Of a stretch of 64,000 nt of DNA, positions 58,746-64,000 are shown one piece after another; positions within the stretch are counted from its first letter, which is position 1; every line of letters begins with the position of its first letter. Below the pieces are notes generated by a model that was not told the origin of the DNA, searched no databases, and worked only from the letters and a program-made list of their open reading frames with translations. The DNA comes from Myxococcales bacterium (GTDB taxonomy: Bacteria; Myxococcota_A; Polyangia; Polyangiales; Polyangiaceae), in the NCBI GenBank assembly GCA_043747615.1, contig JAYTOU010000031.1:92153-156152 (forward strand). The letters run 5' to 3'. The translations under genes were made by a program, and so were the position numbers.

Positions 58746-59744
58746 ATGAAAAGAGCAGCGCTGACGTTCGCGGTCGGATTGGTCGCGTTTGCACACGTCG
58801 AAGAAGCCTTAGCGCAAACCAGCGGCGAACCGTCAGCGTCTAAGGTGCCCGTGGCGGCGGCGCCGACGGCTGCTCCGCAACCCGTGCGCGCGATTGCCCC
58901 GTCGAAGCCGGATGACCTCGTCCCGAAAGCCGCTGAGACACCACCCGAGCCGACTGGGAAAAATCGCTTCGAGGCTGATCCGGTCGGCGATACCGCGATC
59001 CTCGGTATTAGCTTCGGGTTTGCCTCGCTCTCAGAGGCCATTCTTTCGACGGGAGAAATTCGGCCGCAACAGATCCGGAGCAACTTCGATACGAGCAAAC
59101 TATTTTTTCTCGATCGAGGTGCTATCGATCAAACCGTCGATAGCAACGCCCGGTTGTTCTCGACGATCGGGCTCGTGGCGGTCGTGGGCTTCGCCGCCAT
59201 CGATCCCATCCTCACCGGATTTCAAGAGAAGAGCCGACGCGCCGCTCTCGTTGACGCCATTATCTACGCGGAGACACTCTCCATCACCTGGGGTTTGACG
59301 AACCTGGCCAAGGTCACCGTCCGTCGTCCACGACCGAGCGCCTACATCGCGGCAAACGCGCACAAAAACGACCCCACTTACGACAATTCGGACACCGACA
59401 GCTCGCTGTCCTTCTTCTCGGGTCACGCCGCCATCAGCGCTTCAGTCACCGCGACGGCTACGTACCTTGCCTTCGCCAGATCGCCCGGAACCGCGCGTCC
59501 TTGGATCACGCTCATCGCCGGAACGTTGTTGACGAGCTTCGTCGCCGTCGAACGCGTTCGCGCTGGGGTTCACTTTCCCACGGACGTCATCGCCGGAACG
59601 CTCGCTGGCGCGGGCGTGGGCCTTCTCGTGCCCCATCTCCATCGTGAGGACACCGTGAAGCAGCGTGCGGTGTGGATCGGCTTCGCGCCGACGGGTGGGA
59701 CGAGTGGAGAGGGCGGGACCGCGACACTATCGGGAATCTTCTAG
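58746..59744 (+). CDS. PAP2-family phosphatase
   Basis: KVTVRRPRP, SFFSGH, RVRAGVHFPTDV. Confidence 0.9.
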   Translation: MKRAALTFAVGLVAFAHVEEALAQTSGEPSASKVPVAAAPTAAPQPVRAIAPSKPDDLVPKAAETPPEPTGKNRFEADPVGDTAILGISFGFASLSEAILSTGEIRPQQIRSNFDTSKLFFLDRGAIDQTVDSNARLFSTIGLVAVVGFAAIDPILTGFQEKSRRAALVDAIIYAETLSITWGLTNLAKVTVRRPRPSAYIAANAHKNDPTYDNSDTDSSLSFFSGHAAISASVTATATYLAFARSPGTARPWITLIAGTLLTSFVAVERVRAGVHFPTDVIAGTLAGAGVGLLVPHLHREDTVKQRAVWIGFAPTGGTSGEGGTATLSGIF

Positions 59745-60118
59745 CTTCAGACGTCGCCCGGGCGAGCGCGGAGCAATCGACGCGGGTAGGCTTGCGCTCA
59801 TTGGGTAGCTCGCGCGCGAGCTCTTGGCGAAGCTCCCACGGCAGACGTCCGGCTTCTGCAGAGTCGGCCGCCGCAACAGGCTGTAGGTTGGACGCCGCCC
59901 TCACACGAGCGTTGCACCATGCGGCTACACTGCGTGCGGTCACGCCATGGATCTGCCGTGTAGTCTGCGCACCTAACCGCGCGTACTTCTCGCGTCACCG
60001 CAAAGCCGTGAACCCAGCGCTCGCTCTTCATGCGCCAGGCGCGGCAGTTGCAACCGGCGAGCCCCTTGCGGCGTGCGCCAACCGGGCGGCGACGTTACGG
60101 CGTAGTCGCCGAATGTAG

Positions 60119-60532
60119 ATGAAAGGAATGATGACCATGAAAGCAACAATCTTGTACGCGCTTCTTTGCAGTGGAGTCGTGGCGTGCGGCGGAAGCGACC
60201 AAGCCCAGCCCCGTGATCCGAGCACGACCACCACGGGGGGCCAGCAGTCGATGCCGAGCGGCAGCGGCATGAGCGGTGGATCGATGGGAGGCTCGGGTGG
60301 CTCGACTGGAGGCTCGGGCGGCTCGATGGGCGACGGGACTGGCGGGTCAATGGGTGGTGGGGGAACGACGGGTAGCGGCTCTGGCTCCGGAACGCCGGGT
60401 TCGGGATCAGGCTCCTCCGCAGGAGACATGCACGGCGACAGCTCAGGGGCGGGCAGCACGACGGGCTCCGGCTCCACCTCCGGTTCCGGGAAGACGCCGA
60501 AGAAGCCTGCAACCGGCGGCATGACGCACTGA
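60119..60532 (+). CDS. Gly/Ser-rich low-complexity lipoprotein
   Basis: Lipobox VVAC followed by GGSMGGSGG repeats; start may be 60128 or 60137. Confidence 0.65.
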   Translation: MKGMMTMKATILYALLCSGVVACGGSDQAQPRDPSTTTTGGQQSMPSGSGMSGGSMGGSGGSTGGSGGSMGDGTGGSMGGGGTTGSGSGSGTPGSGSGSSAGDMHGDSSGAGSTTGSGSTSGSGKTPKKPATGGMTH

Positions 60533-60653
60533 ACCGGGCGTCCGTTTGGATCTCCGCGTGGCGCTGGCGCGCGAGGCCTGCACGCGGGGATCGTCGGCCG
60601 AGTGAAACATGATTCGGATGTCGCTTTGCGGTACCGGGTGCTAGGAGGCACCC

Positions 60654-61457
60654 ATGCCGTCCTCCGGCGCTCTCGTCGCATCGGCAGTTTTCGTCACCAC
60701 GAGTCTCGTCGCGGTGCACGCGTCAGCCGACGACGCCGAGGGGGAGCGCGCGCGCTGCGCAGCGTCGTACGAGAGCGCGCAGGTCCTCCGCCGTGACGAG
60801 CATCTCGAGGCCGCGCGCACGCAGCTCCTCATTTGCCAGAGCACCTGCCCGCAGAGGCTTGCAGGCGACTGCACGAGCTGGCTCCGCGACGTGGAGTCGC
60901 TCACGCCGACTGTGCGGCTCGTGGCGCGTGACACCGGGGGCCAGAAGATCGCCGACGCGCTAACGACGGTCGACGGGCGGCTCGTGGACGCGCGGGAGAG
61001 GGCCGTCGCCGTCGAGCCTGGAGCCCATATTTTCCGATTCGAGCGGCGCGGCACGGATGCGGCGGAGGTTCGCATCGAGCTGCACGCCGGCGAGAGAGAG
61101 CGGGTCATCGCGGTCGTCCTTTCACCGTCCGCTCGTCCGCTCCAGCGCGAGAGTGCGCCCCCCGCGCCGCGGACGGCCTCGTATGTCCTCGGTGGGGTCG
61201 GTGTCGCTGGGCTGGTGACCGCGGGCATCCTCGCGATCAAGGGTGATGTCGATCGATCGTCGCTGCGTGCGTCTTGCGCACCCGAATGCGATCCTGCGCG
61301 GGTCGACGCCGTCCGAACGCTGTGGTGGACCTCCGCCGGTGTCGGCGCGGCGGGGGCAATCGCGCTGGGCCTCGCCGTCGTCCTCTGGCCTCGCGCTCAC
61401 GCGTCGGCGCTGACGATCACCCCGCGCTCGGTCGCTCTCGTCTGGCAGCTTCGCTGA
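60654..61457 (+). CDS. Exported/membrane protein with Cys-patterned N-domain and PEGA-like domain
   Basis: Signal peptide, C..YE.AQ.LR...C...CP...DC..W, VDG...VEPGAH, two C-terminal TM segments; aggagg RBS. Confidence 0.75.
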   Translation: MPSSGALVASAVFVTTSLVAVHASADDAEGERARCAASYESAQVLRRDEHLEAARTQLLICQSTCPQRLAGDCTSWLRDVESLTPTVRLVARDTGGQKIADALTTVDGRLVDARERAVAVEPGAHIFRFERRGTDAAEVRIELHAGERERVIAVVLSPSARPLQRESAPPAPRTASYVLGGVGVAGLVTAGILAIKGDVDRSSLRASCAPECDPARVDAVRTLWWTSAGVGAAGAIALGLAVVLWPRAHASALTITPRSVALVWQLR

Positions 61458-61458
61458 G

Positions 61459-62796
61459 CTACTCCCGCTTCGCGATGCCGTGGCGTGTCATCAGTCGATG
61501 CACGAGCTGGCGCGAAATGCCCATCGACGCCGCCGCGCGCGCGACGTTCCCCTGGTGGTCGCGGAGCTTCGCCGAGAGATAGCTCGCTTCGAATCGGTCG
61601 ACGATTCGCTCGCGCGCGTCCCGCCACGAGAGCGCGAGGAGTCCGTCGAAATCGCGGCGTACCTCCCCTTCCACGCCGTGCAATTCGAGGACACTCTCCG
61701 CGTGGGGGAGAACGGCGAGGCGCGCGACCGCGTTCTTGAGCTCGCGCACGTTGCCCGGCCAGTCGTGACCGCTGAGGAGGGGCAGCGCGCCCGGCGGAAG
61801 ATCGAGCACGGTGCGCGGTGGGATTTCGGCCGCGAGAAATCGCTCGACAAGGAGCTCGATGTCTTCCTTTCGATCGCGCAGCGACGGCACGTGCGCCTGG
61901 AAGATCGCGAGTCGAAAATAGAGATCTTCACGGAAGCGGCCCGCGGCGACGGCGGCGCGCAAATCGCGGTGCGTCGCGGCGACGATGCGCGCGTCGAACG
62001 CTTGCCAGGCGCTTCCGCCGACGGCGCGAAATTGTTTGGCCTCGAGCGCGCGCAGGAGCTTGGGCTGGAGATCGACCGCGAGCTCTCCGATCTCGTCGAG
62101 GAAGAGCGTGCCGCCGTTGGCCTGCGCGAGTAGCCCAGCGCGGTCGGCGTTGGCACCGGTAAACGCCCCGCGCACATGGCCGAAGAGCTCGCTCTCGATC
62201 AGGCTGGGCGCGACCGCACCTGAATCGAAAATGACGAAGGGCCCGTCGCGCCGAGGGCTTGCGTCGTGGATGGCGCGCGCAAGCAGCTCTTTTCCGGTGC
62301 CCGACTCTCCCGTCACCAGGATCGTCTCCGACGTCTGCGCTGCGTGATGGAGCTTCGCAAAAAGTGCACGCATCGCGATCGATCCGCCGAGCGCGTGCCC
62401 GAAGCTCGCTCCGGGCCACAGCGGGACGTCAGAAGGGGCGCCGACGACCCGGAGACGAAGCGTGACGCCGCCGACGCGGGCGAAGCTCGCCGTAGTCAAG
62501 AACGCCTCGCGGATGTCGACGCCGCCGATCGACGTCCCGTTCTTGCTCTCGAGGTCGCGCACCAAAACGCCGCTGGTCGTGACGGCCAACCGGGCGTGGC
62601 GCCGCGACACCGCCGGATCGCGCACCGTCAGATCGCAATCCGGATCGGTCCCCACGATGACCGGTGTCATTCCGAGTGGAATGATGACCTCGGGCCCGCC
62701 ATTTTGGGTCGCCACGAGGGCCAGCGACGGCAGCTGAACGAGGTCGCGGCGCACCGTCCGCACCGTCGTCTCTCCGTGATCGCGTTGGTAGGGCAC
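61459..62796 (-). CDS. Sigma54-dependent FHA-AAA+-Fis activator
   Basis: VSRRH/SKNGT FHA motifs, GESGTGKE, GAFTGA, FLDEIGE, FREDLYFRL, WPGNVRELKN; start uncertain. Confidence 0.92.
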   Translation of the reverse strand: MPYQRDHGETTVRTVRRDLVQLPSLALVATQNGGPEVIIPLGMTPVIVGTDPDCDLTVRDPAVSRRHARLAVTTSGVLVRDLESKNGTSIGGVDIREAFLTTASFARVGGVTLRLRVVGAPSDVPLWPGASFGHALGGSIAMRALFAKLHHAAQTSETILVTGESGTGKELLARAIHDASPRRDGPFVIFDSGAVAPSLIESELFGHVRGAFTGANADRAGLLAQANGGTLFLDEIGELAVDLQPKLLRALEAKQFRAVGGSAWQAFDARIVAATHRDLRAAVAAGRFREDLYFRLAIFQAHVPSLRDRKEDIELLVERFLAAEIPPRTVLDLPPGALPLLSGHDWPGNVRELKNAVARLAVLPHAESVLELHGVEGEVRRDFDGLLALSWRDARERIVDRFEASYLSAKLRDHQGNVARAAASMGISRQLVHRLMTRHGIAKRE

Positions 62797-62865
62797 GGCA
62801 GTCGCATTATCTTCACGGCGTCCGCAGGGTGACAAGCGCGAAGCGTAGATGCTACGTTTTCGCGC

Positions 62866-64000
62866 GTGAGACGTATCGGCAGGTACGTGCTGCACGAAGA
62901 GATCGCCTCCGGAGGTATGGGCGCCGTGCACCTCGGGCGCGTGCTCGGGGCGGCGGGATTCTCGCGCATCGTCGCGATCAAACGGCTTCATTCCCACGTC
63001 GCCGAGTCACCGGGCGGGCTCGCGATGTTTCTCGACGAAGCACGATTGAGCGCGCGCGTGCGGCATCCGAACGTCGTCGCCACGCTCGACGTGGTCGAGC
63101 ACGAGCGAGAGCTCCTCTTGGTGATGGAGTACGTGCATGGCGCGACGCTCTCAACCCTCACGCGCGCCGCCAACGCCGCAGAGACACCGATTCCCGTCGC
63201 GATTGCGGTGGCCATCATGCTCGATGTCTTGAGCGGTCTCGAAGCGGTTCACGACGCGACGGACGAAGAGGGGAAGCCGCTATCGATCGTGCACCGTGAC
63301 GTGTCGCCGCAGAACGCGATCATCAGCTACGAGGGCGAGGTCAAGGTCATCGACTTCGGCATCGCGAAGGCCGCGGGCAAGGCGACGAAGACGCAGGCCG
63401 GCATCTTGAAGGGCAAGTTCGGGTACATGAGCCCCGAGCAGATTCGCGGGCTGCCGCTCGATCGCCGCAGCGACGTGTTCGCCATCGGCGTCTGTCTGTA
63501 CGAGATGCTCACCGGGGAGCGGCTCTTCGTCGGGGACTCGGACTTCTCCGTGCTGGAGAAGGTGCGCAAGGCCGAGGTCCGCGCGCCCTCCACGTACAAC
63601 GTGCGCATCCCCGAGGCGCTGGAGAGAATCGTCCTCAAGGCGCTCGCGAAGGACGTCGAGCAGCGCTACCAGTACGCGAGCGAGGTGGGGGAGGACCTGC
63701 AGCGCTTCCTCATCACCAGCGAGGCCATCTTCAGCCGCAAGGACCTGGTCCAGTACATGAAGACCTCCTTCGCAGAGGAGGTCGAGCGGGAGAAGGTGCG
63801 GCTCGCTGAGTATTCGGAGATCAAAGCGCCAGAGGGGTTTCTCTACGGCTCGGATGCGCTCCACCCCGCGCGGCGTACGCCGATGCCAGCGGGGGAGTTG
63901 CGGCCCGTGCCCACCCCGGCGCCCGGCTCCGAGCTGCGGCCTGCGCTCACCCCCCCGTCACGACGGGGCTCGAGCCAGCCCTCGCTGCCCAAGGTCTCCG
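62866..64000 (+). CDS. Ser/Thr protein kinase (3' end outside window; absent from the ORF track)
   Basis: Translated by hand from GTG at 62866: RYVLHEEIASGGMGAV, VAIK, HRDVSPQN, DFGIAK, GKFGYMSPEQ, SDVFAIG; no stop before the window end. Confidence 0.92.
   Translation, partial: MRRIGRYVLHEEIASGGMGAVHLGRVLGAAGFSRIVAIKRLHSHVAESPGGLAMFLDEARLSARVRHPNVVATLDVVEHERELLLVMEYVHGATLSTLTRAANAAETPIPVAIAVAIMLDVLSGLEAVHDATDEEGKPLSIVHRDVSPQNAIISYEGEVKVIDFGIAKAAGKATKTQAGILKGKFGYMSPEQIRGLPLDRRSDVFAIGVCLYEMLTGERLFVGDSDFSVLEKVRKAEVRAPSTYNVRIPEALERIVLKALAKDVEQRYQYASEVGEDLQRFLITSEAIFSRKDLVQYMKTSFAEEVEREKVRLAEYSEIKAPEGFLYGSDALHPARRTPMPAGELRPVPTPAPGSELRPALTPPSRRGSSQPSLPKVS

Noticed and set aside
60250..60490. Repetitive DNA as a CRISPR or other non-coding array
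   Set aside because: It is degenerate in-frame Gly/Ser coding sequence with no fixed repeat-spacer structure and no cas genes.
1..64000. Mobile elements, prophage, defence systems, rRNA or tRNA
   Set aside because: No transposase, integrase, phage, nuclease-defence or structural RNA signature recognised.

Overview
High-GC chromosomal window whose gene style (many lipoproteins with DGG/DAG linkers, a MYXO-CTERM-like tail, FHA-AAA+ activators paired with Ser/Thr kinases) points to Myxococcota, probably Polyangiales (inference). In order it holds: (1) the end of an MCE/Mla-type ABC operon with a coupled outer-membrane barrel; (2) two divergent DUF3494 ice-binding-like lipoproteins; (3) a porin-sbp-cysT-cysW-cysA-cysK sulfate operon; (4) about 16 kb of exported proteins with two DUF1501 + DUF1585/1588-like modules and five single CxxCH motifs; (5) a photo-oxidative stress island with two CarH-like B12 regulators, four visible sets of 11-bp operator repeats and furan-fatty-acid-type genes but no carotenoid genes; (6) kinase/activator pairs, a C1 peptidase and an ECF sigma factor; (7) a five-gene cluster of a heme-oxygenase-like diiron enzyme, two methyltransferases, a PurD-like ATP-grasp ligase and a guanidino hydrolase, my best candidate for an undescribed pathway; (8) peroxide genes with a decayed ohr; (9) a final kinase that looks chimeric. 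I recognised no rRNA, tRNA, CRISPR array or transposase. All family calls are from motifs read by eye, not database searches. Many starts were moved from the ORF track to more plausible internal codons.
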